A stretch of 64,000 nt of DNA from Syntrophorhabdaceae bacterium (GCA_963665295.1 OY762209.1:2592001-2656000), one strand, 5' to 3'; shown: positions 20,092-31,150, numbered from the stretch's first letter. The notes: generated by a model from the letters alone, not told the origin. Made by a program: numbers and translations.

Positions 20092-20230
20092 GATCGGTTA
20101 CCTCCCGTATGTGTCTTGGTGGCGGATATCCCGTGCGGCTTCCGCCGCTTTTTCATCTTCAGGGCCTGTCCGTTCCAGGCTGAAAAGCCTTGGGGGCGGC
20201 CTTTGGGCACGCCCCCGGAGACTCAGTTGA

Positions 20231-21853
20231 TCATCCCAGTATGGCCTTTATGTCCTCATCCGGCGTGGTTATGGGCTTGATGTCGTAATTCTTCACCAGC
20301 ACGTTGAGAACGTTCGGGGTGAGGAATGCGGGAAGGGTGGGTCCAAGCCGCATGTTCTTGATCCCCAGGTAGAGCAGGGTGAGCAGTATGGCCACCGCCT
20401 TTTGTTCGTACCAGGAGAGGATCAGTGACAGGGGTAGCTCGTTTACGCCGACGCCGAAGGCGTTCGCAAGGGCTACGGCGACCTGTATGGCGGAATAAGC
20501 GTCATTGCACTGTCCCACGTCGAGGAGGCGCGGGATACCGCCTATGTCGCCAAGCTTTTTGTCGAAGAAACGGAACTTGCCGCACGCGAGGGTGAGCACT
20601 ATCGTATCCTGAGGGAGTTTTTCCACAAATTCCGTGTAGTAGTTCCTCCCCGGTTTTGCGCCGTCGCAACCGGCGACAAGGAAGAAATGCCGTATCTGTT
20701 TGCTCTTCACTGCCTCGATTACCTTCCCCGCAACACCGAGGATGGCGTCTCTCGCGAACCCCACCATGACCGAGCCCCGGTCGGTGTCTTCCGGAAAACC
20801 GGGGAGAGACAGGGCCTTTTCAATGACGGCCGTGAAGTCGTACCCTGTGAGATGACGGATACCCGGAAAACCGACGGTCCCCGTGGTAAAGACGTTTTCC
20901 TTATATGACTCCTGAGGTCTCATGAGACAGTTGGTGGTCATGAGGATCGATCCGGGGAATTCCGAGAATTCCCTGTGCTGGTTCTGCCATGCGGTGCCGT
21001 AATGCCCGTAGAAGTGGGGATATTTCTTAAGCCCCGGATAGCCGTGGGTGGGCAGCATCTCTCCATGGGTATAGACAGAGATGCCTTTTCCCGCGGTCTG
21101 TTTGAGAAGTTCGTCGAGGTCCTTGAGGTCATGACCGGAGACAAGGATCGCCTTGCCCTTCTTCGCTCCCAGGGGCACTTCCGTGGGGACAGGATGGCCG
21201 TAGACTCCGGTATTGGCTGCATCGAGGAGTTCCATGGCCCTCAGGTTGATCTCGCCGCATTTGAGCACCAGGGAGAGCCACGCGGAAAGGTCAAGCCTGT
21301 TTTGCCTCAGCTCCGCCAGCACCTCATGGACGAAAGCGTACACGGCATTGTCTTCCTGGCCAAGTATCTGGGCGTGAAACGCGTAGGCGGCAATGCCTTT
21401 TATGCCGAAAAGGGCGGTGTGCCGGAGGGAGAGGATGTCAGGATCGATATCCGGATTGGACTTGAGTCCCACCGATTCGCCCTGGGCGATCATGGCCTCC
21501 AGGGTCGCCCCCGGTTTGAAGGGCGGCTTCTTGAAGTCCACCTTACCTCCCCGAGCCTCAACCTTTGCCACGAAAGTGTCTCTCAGTTCGACACCGTGTT
21601 TGATGAGGTCCACAAACCTGAGGGGGTCGAAGTCCACGTTCGTGAGGGTCGAAAAAAGGGCTTCAACAGCGAACACATCTACTCCGCCGTCGATTACACC
21701 GACTTTCCTTCCTTCCACTGCGCACAGTGCCAGGTCCTCAAGGGTGTAACAGAGAAGGTCCTGTAGGGCTGCCACATCCGGCTGCTTGCCGCAGACCCCT
21801 ATCTTCGTGCATCCCTCGCCTTTTGCTGTTTGCTCGCATTGATAACAAAACAT
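20231..21853 (-). CDS. hcp: Hybrid cluster protein (hydroxylamine reductase)
   Basis: MFCYQCEQTAKGEGCTKIGVCGK, SGHDL, THGEMLP, GQCNDAYSA, SWYEQKA. Confidence 0.97.
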   Translation of the reverse strand: MFCYQCEQTAKGEGCTKIGVCGKQPDVAALQDLLCYTLEDLALCAVEGRKVGVIDGGVDVFAVEALFSTLTNVDFDPLRFVDLIKHGVELRDTFVAKVEARGGKVDFKKPPFKPGATLEAMIAQGESVGLKSNPDIDPDILSLRHTALFGIKGIAAYAFHAQILGQEDNAVYAFVHEVLAELRQNRLDLSAWLSLVLKCGEINLRAMELLDAANTGVYGHPVPTEVPLGAKKGKAILVSGHDLKDLDELLKQTAGKGISVYTHGEMLPTHGYPGLKKYPHFYGHYGTAWQNQHREFSEFPGSILMTTNCLMRPQESYKENVFTTGTVGFPGIRHLTGYDFTAVIEKALSLPGFPEDTDRGSVMVGFARDAILGVAGKVIEAVKSKQIRHFFLVAGCDGAKPGRNYYTEFVEKLPQDTIVLTLACGKFRFFDKKLGDIGGIPRLLDVGQCNDAYSAIQVAVALANAFGVGVNELPLSLILSWYEQKAVAILLTLLYLGIKNMRLGPTLPAFLTPNVLNVLVKNYDIKPITTPDEDIKAILG

Positions 21854-21921
21854 GGTTTCCTCCTTATGGTCTTGAGTTATTGTCGCTGAAATAAGTATAA
21901 GCACTCCCGGACGGCGAGTCC

Positions 21922-21935
21922 TTGACTTAGATCAA
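21922..21935. promoter_or_regulatory. CRP/FNR-family (HcpR/Dnr-like) box upstream of hcp
   Basis: TTGAC-TTAG-ATCAA, one mismatch to TTGAT-N4-ATCAA, ~70 nt upstream of the hcp start. Confidence 0.7.
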
Positions 21936-22031
21936 AAAGATGGGAGATCGACAGGGTCCGTGTTTCCGTATACATCCGCAGTCTCCTCCGCCACCCTTTC
22001 CCGTGGAGGGGCCGCGCGGTTGGTTCTCCGG

Positions 22032-22060
22032 TTGACAGTGTCTCGAAGGGTTCCTATATA
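22032..22060 (+). promoter_or_regulatory. Sigma70-like promoter of the efflux operon
   Basis: TTGACA-17nt-TATATA. Confidence 0.55.
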
Positions 22061-22077
22061 TAACCCATGGAGTTGTC

Positions 22078-23643
22078 ATGAACCGCTTCCGTCTCTTCGC
22101 AATTGTTCTCCTTCTGTCGGGTTGTGTCAAGGTGGGGCCCGACTTTGTCCGACCGGAGGCGCAGGTGTCGGCCGACTGGCTCGAAGCGGCCGACAACAGG
22201 GTGACCAGCCGGCAGGCGGATTCACACGAGTGGTGGCGGGTATTCGATGACCCTGTTCTGAACAGGCTTATCGACACCGCCTATCGCGAGAACCTATCCC
22301 TTCGGATAGCCGGGGTGAGGGTGCTCGAAGCCCGGGCCCAGCTTGGCGTTGCCGTGGGGCAACTCTACCCTCAGAAGCAACAACTGGGCGGTAATTTGCA
22401 GTACTATCGCGTGAGCGAACACTCCCTTCTGTTCGGCGGCCTTTTCAGGACCCCCAATTACAATCAGGCCGACAGTACGATTACCGCCAACTGGGAGATC
22501 GACTTCTGGGGGAGATTCAGGCGTTCCATAGAATCCGCCGATGCGGGCTGGATCGCGACGGTGGCCGACTACGATAACGCCCTCGTGAGTCTTACTGCCG
22601 ATGTGGCGACCAACTATATCCTTATCAGGACCCTGGAGAAGCGGATCGAGATCGCCCTCCAGAACGTGGAAACCCAGAAGGAGAGCTTGAGGATCGCGGA
22701 AGCGCGATTTCAGATAGGTACCACTTCCGAGAGAGACGTGGAACAGGCAAGAACGGTCCTCAACGACACCCTCGCGACTGTGCCCACTCTTCAAAGCCAG
22801 TTGAGACAAACCCAGAACGCCCTTAGCGTCCTCCTTGGTTCGCCCCCGGGCAATCTGAAGGAAATGCTCGCCGGTTCGCGGGGTATTCCCGGACCACCCC
22901 TCACGGTGGCGGTGGGCATTCCCGCCGACCTGCTTCGCCGAAGGCCTGATATCCGAAGCGCCGAATACCGGGCGGCGGCCCAGTGCGCTGAAATCGGTGT
23001 GGCCAAGGCGGACCTCTTCCCCGTGTTTTCCCTCAACGGGATGTACGGCTATCTTTCAACCAATATGGGAAGGAACTCCCTGGGAGACATTAATCATGCG
23101 AGCAGCCGTCAATATACGGTAGGTCCGGGCATAACGTGGAATGTCCTCAGCTACGGGCGGATTACGAATAATGTGAGGGTGCAGGACGCACGGTTCCAGC
23201 AATTGATCATTTCGTACCAGAGCACGGTGCTCAAGGCCCAGCAGGAAGTGGAGGATGGCCTGACCGCTTTCCTTCGTGCCCAGGAAAGGGCGGAATTCCT
23301 GACCAGGAGCGTGGAGGCGGCCAGAAGGTCCCTTGGACTCGCCATGGCTCAGTACCGGGAAGGTGTGATGGACTATACTACGGTGCTCACGACCGAACAG
23401 GCCCTTCTCACGGAGCAGGACAATCTCGCGAACACGCTGGGAAGTATAGCGGGCAACCTCGTGGCCACCTACAGGGCTCTGGGCGGGGGCTGGGAGATCA
23501 GGACCGGCAAAGAACTCGTGCCGGGTGATATCAAGGAGGCCATGGCAAAGCGCACCAACTGGGGTTCGCTCCTCGAACCTGCGGTCTATATCCCGGGACC
23601 TTCCGAGACGGAGCGGTCCCTTGTCCGCCTTCCCGATTGGTAG
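22078..23643 (+). CDS. RND efflux outer-membrane lipoprotein (NodT/OprM family)
   Basis: LSGC lipobox, WEIDFWG, PADLLRRRPDI, YRALGGGW. Confidence 0.95.
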   Translation: MNRFRLFAIVLLLSGCVKVGPDFVRPEAQVSADWLEAADNRVTSRQADSHEWWRVFDDPVLNRLIDTAYRENLSLRIAGVRVLEARAQLGVAVGQLYPQKQQLGGNLQYYRVSEHSLLFGGLFRTPNYNQADSTITANWEIDFWGRFRRSIESADAGWIATVADYDNALVSLTADVATNYILIRTLEKRIEIALQNVETQKESLRIAEARFQIGTTSERDVEQARTVLNDTLATVPTLQSQLRQTQNALSVLLGSPPGNLKEMLAGSRGIPGPPLTVAVGIPADLLRRRPDIRSAEYRAAAQCAEIGVAKADLFPVFSLNGMYGYLSTNMGRNSLGDINHASSRQYTVGPGITWNVLSYGRITNNVRVQDARFQQLIISYQSTVLKAQQEVEDGLTAFLRAQERAEFLTRSVEAARRSLGLAMAQYREGVMDYTTVLTTEQALLTEQDNLANTLGSIAGNLVATYRALGGGWEIRTGKELVPGDIKEAMAKRTNWGSLLEPAVYIPGPSETERSLVRLPDW

Positions 23644-23706
23644 GAAGACAGGCGCACGGGTCTTAAGGTGTCCGCGCCATAACCCCGGATATGAAGGAAC
23701 CATACC

Positions 23707-24882
23707 ATGAATAATAGAAACAATGGGTCGATGCAAAGGGGACGGGGGATCGTCATAGGAATCCTCGCGTGCCTCCTTATCTTATCTTTAGCCCCCGCGT
23801 GCCGGAAAAGGGCAAAGGAGGGGCCTCCCCCTCCCCCCGCTGTTACAGTGGCCGAGCCCGCTCAGCGCCGGATAATGGATTATCTGGATCTCACGGGCAG
23901 CACCCAGGCGATCAGGACGGTGCAGCTCCAGGCCCGGGTCGCGGGCTTTCTGGAGAAAGTGCTCTTCCAGGACGGACAGTTCGTAAAGAAGGACCAACTT
24001 CTCTTCGTGATCCAACAGAACACTTATCAGGCCAACCTTCAACAGGCGGAGGGCGCAATCCTGCAACTGGACGCACAGTTGAAGTACGCCGAAAGTCAAC
24101 TGGCGCGCTATTCAAGGCTCCTCTCCGAAAGGGGCGCCTCCCAGTCGGATGTGGACAACTGGCGTTATCAACGGGATTCGGCGGCAGCCGGCCTCGTGAC
24201 CGCAAGGGCGAAGAGAGACCTTGCCGTTCTCGATCTCGGATATACGGAAGTCAGGGCGCCCTTTGACGGGCGCATCGACCGTAGACTCAAGGACCCGGGG
24301 AACCTGGTGGGCTCCGGAGAAAATACGGTCCTTGTGTCGATCAATCAGGTAGACCCGATCTACGTCTACTTCAACATCAGCGATCAGGACCTGTCCCGTC
24401 TCATCGCGGAAAGCCGATGGGTCCCGGGCAGGCTGCCCGCGAAGGTATGGCCCATGTACCTGGGGTTCCACGCCGAAGAAAGTTACCCCCACAAGGGCTA
24501 CCTTGATTTTGCCTCCATCAGCCTTACTCCCACCACCGGCACCCTCCTTTTGAGGGGCATTTTCCGGAATCAGGACGGCAAGATAGCGCCGGGACTCTAC
24601 GGGAGGGTTCGCGTACCCGTAAAGGAAAGAGAAGCCCTCCTCGTGCCGGATGAAGCCATAGGTCATGACCAGCAGGGCCCCTATGTACTCGCGGTGAACG
24701 GCAAGAATACGGTGGTGCGGATTGGCGTGAAGACCGGCGCCCTCGTGGATAATTGCCGCGTCATCGAACAGGGACTGAGCGGAAAAGAACGGATCGTCGT
24801 AAAGGGCACGCAGAAGGCTATCCCCGGCAGGCCGGTAACCCCGGAAAGATCGGTGTTACCCGGAAAGAAGGCGGCGTCGTGA
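23707..24882 (+). CDS. RND efflux periplasmic adaptor (MFP)
   Basis: ARVAGFL...GQFVKKDQLLF, YTEVRAPFDG, DPIYVYF. Confidence 0.95.
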   Translation: MNNRNNGSMQRGRGIVIGILACLLILSLAPACRKRAKEGPPPPPAVTVAEPAQRRIMDYLDLTGSTQAIRTVQLQARVAGFLEKVLFQDGQFVKKDQLLFVIQQNTYQANLQQAEGAILQLDAQLKYAESQLARYSRLLSERGASQSDVDNWRYQRDSAAAGLVTARAKRDLAVLDLGYTEVRAPFDGRIDRRLKDPGNLVGSGENTVLVSINQVDPIYVYFNISDQDLSRLIAESRWVPGRLPAKVWPMYLGFHAEESYPHKGYLDFASISLTPTTGTLLLRGIFRNQDGKIAPGLYGRVRVPVKEREALLVPDEAIGHDQQGPYVLAVNGKNTVVRIGVKTGALVDNCRVIEQGLSGKERIVVKGTQKAIPGRPVTPERSVLPGKKAAS

Positions 24883-27800
24883 TCTCCAAATTTTTTATCG
24901 AGCGGCCTATACTTGCCAACGTTCTCGCCATCATCACAATCATTGTGGGCCTGGTGAGCTACTACTACCTTGCCGTAGAAGAATACCCGCCCATCGTGCC
25001 CCCCACTATCCAGATTACCGCGCGCTACCCGGGGGCGAGCGCCTCGGTGGTGGCAGACACCATAGGAGTGCCCCTGGAACAGGCGGTGAACGGCGTGGAG
25101 CGGGCAATCTACATGTCCTCCACGAGCGGGAGTGACGGCTCCTACGCCCTGACGATTACCTTTGACGTGGGCACCGACCTCGACAAATCTCTCACCCTCG
25201 TTCAGAATCTTGTCAATTCGGCAACGGCCCTGCTTCCCGGAGACGTGAACCAGCAGGGGGTAACCGTGAAGAAAGTGTCCACCAACATCCTGCTGGTGGT
25301 CAGCCTTTACGGGGATGGCAACCACTTTGATGAAGCCTTTCTCTCGAATTACGGCATTATCAACATGCAATATCCCTTGTCCCGCCTCCCGGGTGTGGGA
25401 CAGGTGAGGGTGTTCGGCGCGGGCCCTTACAGCATGAGGGTCTGGCTGGACCCCAACAGGCTCAAACAGTTTAATCTCACTGCTTCGGACGTGCTCGCCG
25501 TCATCAGGGAACAGAATTTCCAGGTCGCGACAGGGCAGCTGGGCGCTCCGCCCGTACCCAGGGACCAGGCCTTCCAGTTCACCATGAACAGCCTGGGGCG
25601 ACTCTCGGATGTGAACCAGTTTGAAGACATCATCGTGAGGAGCGCTCCCGGTCCGGCAGCGCAACTCGTGAGGCTGCGCGATATCGCCCGTATTGAATTG
25701 GGCCAGCAATCCTTCTCCAACTTCGCGAGCACGGGCGGACTCAACTCCGCCCAGGTGGTGGTCTTTACGCTCCCCGATGCGAACGCCATCTCTGTTGCGG
25801 ACAGTGTTTACAAAGCCGTGGGCGAGATGAGTAAGGACTTTCCGGAGCACCTGAAGTATACGATCCGCTACGACACCACGAAGTTTGTCCGGGGGGCCAT
25901 ATCGGCCGTGTATTGGACCCTCTTCATCGCGGGAATCCTGGTCCTCATCGTGGTTATGGTGTTTCTCCAGAGCGTGAGAGCGCTCCTCGTTCCCGCCACC
26001 ACAGTACCCGTCACCATCATCGGAGCCTTCGGGGCAATGGTGGCCCTCGGATTTACCGTGAACCTCATGACTTTGTTTGCCCTTGTTCTCTCCGTGGGCA
26101 TAGTGGTGGACGACGCCATCGTCATTGTGGAGAATACTGCCTATTTCATCGACAAGGGACTTACGCCGAGAGAGGCGGCCATCAAGGCCATGAGCGAACT
26201 GACAGGCCCGGTTATGGGGATCACCATGGCCCTGGTGTCGGTATTCCTGCCCGCTGCATTCCTTCCCGGCATCACGGGCCAGATATTCCGTCAATTTGCC
26301 CTGGTCATTGCTGCCACTTCCATAATAAGCGCCATCAACGCCCTTACCCTGAAACCGGCACAGTGCGCCCTGTGGCTCAGGCCACGGAAGGAGAAGAAAG
26401 AGAACCGGTTTTACCGCGGATTCAACAAGGCTTATGAGGCCATGAAAGCGCCCTATATGAGACTGGTCGGGTGGATGGTAAAGAGGACGGCCCCTATGAT
26501 AGTGATCTTCTTTGTGGTCATAGCCGTTACCGGATGGGTGTTTGTGCACCGGCCCTCCGGTTTTCTCCCTACCGAGGACCAGGGTTATGCGGTGCTTTTT
26601 GCCCGTCTGCCTGACGGCGCGTCTCAACCGAGGTCCCGGGAGGTATCCGAAAAGATAGGGACCATACTCAAAGATGCCCCCGGTATCGAGAGCTGGGTAA
26701 CTATAGGTGGATACTCCTTCCTGGACGGCGCGAATGTGGCGGCCGTCAGCAGCACTTTCGTCATCTACAAAGACTGGAGCGAACGGGGCAACGCCCTGAC
26801 TCAGGACAAGATAATCGCCAGGCTCAACCGGGACCTTTCAGTGATCAAAGAGGCCAGTATATACGTGGTGGTCCCACCCCCGATCCGTGGACTCGGCCAG
26901 GCGGGTGGATTCCAGATGATGGTGGAAGACCGGGGAAGCCTGGGGTTGGAGGAGCTTCAAAAGACCGTGGATAACCTTGTTCACAAAGGTAACTCCGAGC
27001 CGGGCCTCGTGGGGCTGGCCACCACTTTCGACACAAGGAGTCCCCAACTCTATCTGGATATCGACAGGACCAAGGCCCAATCTTTTCAGGTCCCGATTGC
27101 AGGTATCTTCGAGACGCTCCGGGGTTATCTCGGTTCCTCCTTTGCGAATCTTTTCAACAAGTTCAACCAGGTATACCAGGTATACATCCAGGCGAACGAC
27201 CTTCATCGCGTGAAGCCCGAGGACGTGGGAAACCTTTATACACGTAATATCCAGGGGGAGATGGTGCCCCTGGGCAGTTTCACCAAGGTGAAGCGTACTC
27301 AGGGATCGGAGTTGATCACCCGGTACAACCTTTACCCTGCGGCCGCGGTCTTCGGCTCCGCTTCTCCGGGGTTCAGTTCGGGAGAAGCCTTGAGTCGTAT
27401 GGAGCGCACGGCGGCAGAAATCCTGCCTAAAGGAATCGGTTATGATTGGACGGCCACGAGTTATCAGGAAAAGCGGGTAGGCTACCAGGCATATCTCATC
27501 TACGCTCTCTCGGTGACCCTCGTTTTCATGGTCCTCGCCGCCCTTTACGAAAGCTGGACGTCTCCTGCGGCGGTCATCCTGGTGGTGCCCATGGCACTGG
27601 TCGGCGTTCTTCTCGCCCTCATGATCAGAGGTTTTGACAGCAATCTCTATACTCAGATCGGGCTCGTGCTCATGATTGCCCTGGCGAGCAAGAACTCGAT
27701 CCTTATCGTGGAGTTTGCCCGACGCCTTCAGAAGGATGGCGCGTCCGCTGAGGAGGCTGCAATCGAGGCGACGAGCCGCCGTTTCCGTCCCATCGTAATG

Positions 27801-28004
27801 ACCTCTTTCGCTTTCATTCTGGGGGTTGTTCCCCTGCTCGTGGCCTCCGGAGCTGGAGCGGCAAGCCAGCAGGCCATCGGTACCGTGGTGTTTGGGGGCA
27901 TGTTGGCTTCCACCTTACTCGCTATGCCCTTTGTGGCGGTTTTCTATGTTGCGGTAGAGCGGTTGGGAGCGAAATGGCTGAAGAGAAAAGCACCTGCAGC
28001 CTGA
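24879..28004 (+). CDS. RND efflux permease (HAE1/AcrB family)
   Basis: GTG start overlapping the MFP stop; SKFFIERP, GIVVDDAIVIVEN, KNSILIVEFA, RFRPIVMTS. Confidence 0.96.
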   Translation: MISKFFIERPILANVLAIITIIVGLVSYYYLAVEEYPPIVPPTIQITARYPGASASVVADTIGVPLEQAVNGVERAIYMSSTSGSDGSYALTITFDVGTDLDKSLTLVQNLVNSATALLPGDVNQQGVTVKKVSTNILLVVSLYGDGNHFDEAFLSNYGIINMQYPLSRLPGVGQVRVFGAGPYSMRVWLDPNRLKQFNLTASDVLAVIREQNFQVATGQLGAPPVPRDQAFQFTMNSLGRLSDVNQFEDIIVRSAPGPAAQLVRLRDIARIELGQQSFSNFASTGGLNSAQVVVFTLPDANAISVADSVYKAVGEMSKDFPEHLKYTIRYDTTKFVRGAISAVYWTLFIAGILVLIVVMVFLQSVRALLVPATTVPVTIIGAFGAMVALGFTVNLMTLFALVLSVGIVVDDAIVIVENTAYFIDKGLTPREAAIKAMSELTGPVMGITMALVSVFLPAAFLPGITGQIFRQFALVIAATSIISAINALTLKPAQCALWLRPRKEKKENRFYRGFNKAYEAMKAPYMRLVGWMVKRTAPMIVIFFVVIAVTGWVFVHRPSGFLPTEDQGYAVLFARLPDGASQPRSREVSEKIGTILKDAPGIESWVTIGGYSFLDGANVAAVSSTFVIYKDWSERGNALTQDKIIARLNRDLSVIKEASIYVVVPPPIRGLGQAGGFQMMVEDRGSLGLEELQKTVDNLVHKGNSEPGLVGLATTFDTRSPQLYLDIDRTKAQSFQVPIAGIFETLRGYLGSSFANLFNKFNQVYQVYIQANDLHRVKPEDVGNLYTRNIQGEMVPLGSFTKVKRTQGSELITRYNLYPAAAVFGSASPGFSSGEALSRMERTAAEILPKGIGYDWTATSYQEKRVGYQAYLIYALSVTLVFMVLAALYESWTSPAAVILVVPMALVGVLLALMIRGFDSNLYTQIGLVLMIALASKNSILIVEFARRLQKDGASAEEAAIEATSRRFRPIVMTSFAFILGVVPLLVASGAGAASQQAIGTVVFGGMLASTLLAMPFVAVFYVAVERLGAKWLKRKAPAA

Positions 28005-28077
28005 TCCTTCAGGCGGAGTCGGGTGCGTAGCGCGTCCTGATCAGTTCGATTGTAGAATGAAGATTTTACTCTGAAAC

Positions 28078-29190
28078 CTAGGCGGGGGACATGCCGGCAA
28101 GTTCCTGCATAAGTTCCTTTACCGTGGTCCTCTTATCTACTTTCCAGACAATCTCGCCTGCAGTGTAAAGGGGCTCTTCGAAACCCGTGTTGTATCCTCC
28201 GGAGGAAAGGAGGCCATTGCAGATGCAGAAGGAAACCTCGTTATTTTCCTTTGCAAGGCACTGGTTGTACACGCCGTTCGCGTCTTTGAGAAGCAGATAC
28301 CCCTTGTCGCACTTGGGTTTCCGGAGCCTTGCCAGGGAGGAGACAAACATGGGCGACTGTTTTATGACCCTGAACGGCAAGCCGCAGGGAGATCCCGGCC
28401 GGTGCGCGACGAGTATATCGTTGCGTGTGGCCTGAATGACCGCCTGTTTGTAATCTTCGGTGGCGCTGCTCTCGTCCGTGATAAGGAATCTGGTTCCCAT
28501 CTGGACCCCGTCGGCGCCCATGCGGAGGAATTTGAGTATGTCCTCGTGACTGTAAATGCCGCCCGCCACGATAACGGGAAAATCGCCGTGCTTCATTGCC
28601 GCATCTTTGACTGCAGGAAGAAGATTCTCGAGTTTGTTTGCTTCGAGGTCGATCTGGTCCATTTTGAAACCGAGGTGACCGCCGGCGAGAGGACCTTCCA
28701 GAACAACCGCATCGGGCCGGTAGGACGCTTTTTCCCATTTCCTGCATATGAGTTCCAAAGCCCTTGCCGATGAGACTATGGGTATGAGGGCTGTCGTGTC
28801 CGGGTGTTGAATGGCGGGAAGGTTCATGGGCAGGCCGCCTCCTGAGATAATCACGTCAACCTGTGCGTCGATGGCCCCTTTCACGGTGTCGTCGTAGTCT
28901 TTTGCGATGGCAACCATGATGTTGATGCCCGTGACGCCGCCATCCGCCTTGGAAAGGGTCACCTCTTCGCGCACCGCCTCATAGGTGTTGAGCTTTTTCC
29001 CATTCCTTTTAGAGACAATACGGTCAAGGCACGCGCTCGATATGACGCCGATGCCGCCCTCCCTGGCAACTGCTTTGGCGAGGGGGTGAAGTGATATACC
29101 GATACCCATGCCTCCCTGGATGATAGGGAGGTTAATTCGTTTCCCCTTAATGATGAGAGGTGGTAATACAGATTTCGACTCTGACAGCAG
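28078..29190 (-). CDS. Nitronate monooxygenase/FabK-like flavoprotein, probable CTG start
   Basis: LPIIQGGMG lies upstream of the first ATG (29109); EGPLAGGHLG, AGGI, GVQMGTRF. Confidence 0.85.
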   Translation of the reverse strand: MLSESKSVLPPLIIKGKRINLPIIQGGMGIGISLHPLAKAVAREGGIGVISSACLDRIVSKRNGKKLNTYEAVREEVTLSKADGGVTGINIMVAIAKDYDDTVKGAIDAQVDVIISGGGLPMNLPAIQHPDTTALIPIVSSARALELICRKWEKASYRPDAVVLEGPLAGGHLGFKMDQIDLEANKLENLLPAVKDAAMKHGDFPVIVAGGIYSHEDILKFLRMGADGVQMGTRFLITDESSATEDYKQAVIQATRNDILVAHRPGSPCGLPFRVIKQSPMFVSSLARLRKPKCDKGYLLLKDANGVYNQCLAKENNEVSFCICNGLLSSGGYNTGFEEPLYTAGEIVWKVDKRTTVKELMQELAGMSPA

Positions 29191-29393
29191 AACAGCTCCT
29201 TAGTATGACTTTATGATAAAGTGATCAGCAACGCCAAAACCCCTGACCAGTTTTATTAGAATAGTCTTATTTAGATACACTACATTATCCTTCATGTGAG
29301 GTTCTTTTTCAATAAAAATATTTCGCACCCTGAACCAAAGCTTGCCGGTACTGGAACGACGGGTGCGTCATCCGGAAAACCGGGTTGTTTGGA

Positions 29394-29633
29394 TCACGGT
29401 GTAAAGTTGGAAAGCTGGTAAGGTATCTCTTTCTTTTCGAGGGATTCTTTCTTCTCGAAATAGACGGCATGCTCCGCAATCTCTCTCAAGGCGGTGACTA
29501 TTTCCTTATTTGAGGACCTTACAAGCGGTGTTGCGCCTTTCAGGAGTTGTTTTGCCCTTCTCGCCGACAGGTGGACCAGTTCGAAACGGTTTTCAACCGT
29601 TTCCATGCAGTCTTCAACCGTTATCCTTGCCAT
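29394..29633 (-). CDS. rpoZ: RNA polymerase omega subunit
   Basis: MARITVEDC...NRFELV...RRAKQL...ALREIA. Confidence 0.97.
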   Translation of the reverse strand: MARITVEDCMETVENRFELVHLSARRAKQLLKGATPLVRSSNKEIVTALREIAEHAVYFEKKESLEKKEIPYQLSNFTP

Positions 29634-30208
29634 TATGTCCTCCTCATGGTTTCCACAATATGCCTGAAATCTCCGAAGGCCCTGTCAAGCGTATCATTCA
29701 CTATAGTATACTGAAAGAAATCCTTTCTTGCAAGTTCTTCTTCGACCCTCTTCATCCTGAGGTCGAGATCCTGTTCGCCCCTCAAAGACAGTCTCTTTAC
29801 GAGGTCTTCCTTGGAGGGGGGAAGAACGAACACAAGGCACGCTTCCGGGCATTTCTCCTTTACCTTGAGGGCGCCCTTTACGTCGATATCGAGGATCATG
29901 TCGAAGCCTTTGGTGAGGGCCTCGCCCATTTCCTTCCTCGGGGTGCCGTAGGAGTGGTGGTGAACGCTTTCCCACTCAAGGAACCGGTCCTGCTCCACCA
30001 TCTGCTGAAAGGTGCGGTCATCGACAAAATAGTAGTCTTTACCGTCTCTCTCCTGGGGTCTCTTCTTTCGCGTGGTGTAGGAAATTGAAAAGAGGGTGGA
30101 GCGGTCTTCCTTCAGGAATCGCTCGATAATGGACGACTTCCCGACACCGGACGGACCGGAGACTACGAAGAGACGGCCCTTCTTTTTGACATGGTCGCTC
30201 TGTTCCAT
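29633..30208 (-). CDS. gmk: Guanylate kinase
   Basis: [24 protein letters not shown]. Confidence 0.97.
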   Translation of the reverse strand: MEQSDHVKKKGRLFVVSGPSGVGKSSIIERFLKEDRSTLFSISYTTRKKRPQERDGKDYYFVDDRTFQQMVEQDRFLEWESVHHHSYGTPRKEMGEALTKGFDMILDIDVKGALKVKEKCPEACLVFVLPPSKEDLVKRLSLRGEQDLDLRMKRVEEELARKDFFQYTIVNDTLDRAFGDFRHIVETMRRT

Positions 30209-30280
30209 ATGCTTTAAGCCCCCGTTGCCGCAGAGGATGACGTCCGGAATCCGGGCTCCTCTCTGAGGGCGTTTTTCCCT

Positions 30281-31150
30281 TTACTCCACATTCTGGGCCT
30301 GTTCCCTTATCTTTTCTATTTCCACCTTGATCCGGATGACCCGTTCGTTTATGAAGAGGTCGTTCGATTTGCTCCCGATGGTGTTGGCTTCTCTCACCAT
30401 CTCCTGGATGATGAAGTCCAGCTTCCGCCCGATGGAGTCTTCAGCCTCGATGGTGTCCTTGAAGTTTTCCAGGTGGCCGCTCAGTCTTACAGTTTCCTCG
30501 GATATGTCAAGACGTTCCATGTAAATGGCCAGTTCCTGGAGTATCCTTGCTTCGTCTACCGGGGTCGCTTTTGTCGCCTCGACGATCCTCTCCCTCAGCT
30601 TCTCTTCATGGGCCGCGATGTGGGAAGGCCATCTCTCCTCAATCTCCCGGAGGTAACCGGCTACATCCCCCAGCCGTTTGAGCATGTCTTTGCGTATGAT
30701 GGTCCCTTCTTTTGCCTTCTCCTCGTTCAGCTTCGTAAGGAGGCTGTCGAGGGCCGGGAAAAGGATTTCTTCCGGAATGCCGTTGGTTTCTTCATAGGTG
30801 ATGATGTCCCTGAGATTGAAGACGGTCTCTACCGTAAGATCGCCCGTCACGCCATACTCGCCTTTAAGGGCGCGGGCCATCTCCACATACTGTTTTACCA
30901 CCACATCGTTTATCTTGAAAGGCGCTGCCTGGGCTGCGGACCTCTCCCATTTGATCACGATATCGAGCTTGCCCCGCTTCACAATCTGCTTGGCCAGTTC
31001 CCTCAGTTTCTGTTCATGGGGATAGTCCGTCCTCGAAAGCTTTACGCTTACTTCGAGGTACCGGCTGTTCAACGACCTCGCCTCCCCGTAAAGTTTCCCT
31101 TCCGGGCTTTCGATCTCCACTTTGGCAAAACCTGTCATACTCCTCAGCAT
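30281..31150 (-). CDS. yicC: YicC/YloC family endoribonuclease
   Basis: MLRSMTGF, RSLNSRYLE, GRKLDFIIQEMVREANTIGSK, IREQAQNVE. Confidence 0.95.
   Translation of the reverse strand: MLRSMTGFAKVEIESPEGKLYGEARSLNSRYLEVSVKLSRTDYPHEQKLRELAKQIVKRGKLDIVIKWERSAAQAAPFKINDVVVKQYVEMARALKGEYGVTGDLTVETVFNLRDIITYEETNGIPEEILFPALDSLLTKLNEEKAKEGTIIRKDMLKRLGDVAGYLREIEERWPSHIAAHEEKLRERIVEATKATPVDEARILQELAIYMERLDISEETVRLSGHLENFKDTIEAEDSIGRKLDFIIQEMVREANTIGSKSNDLFINERVIRIKVEIEKIREQAQNVE

Noticed and set aside
24681..26627. Long antisense ORFs (also 12-974, 830-1792, 2018-2890, 5132-6895, 32876-34369, 38627-40141, 45764-47134)
   Set aside because: Shadows of well-supported genes on the opposite strand in GC-rich DNA.
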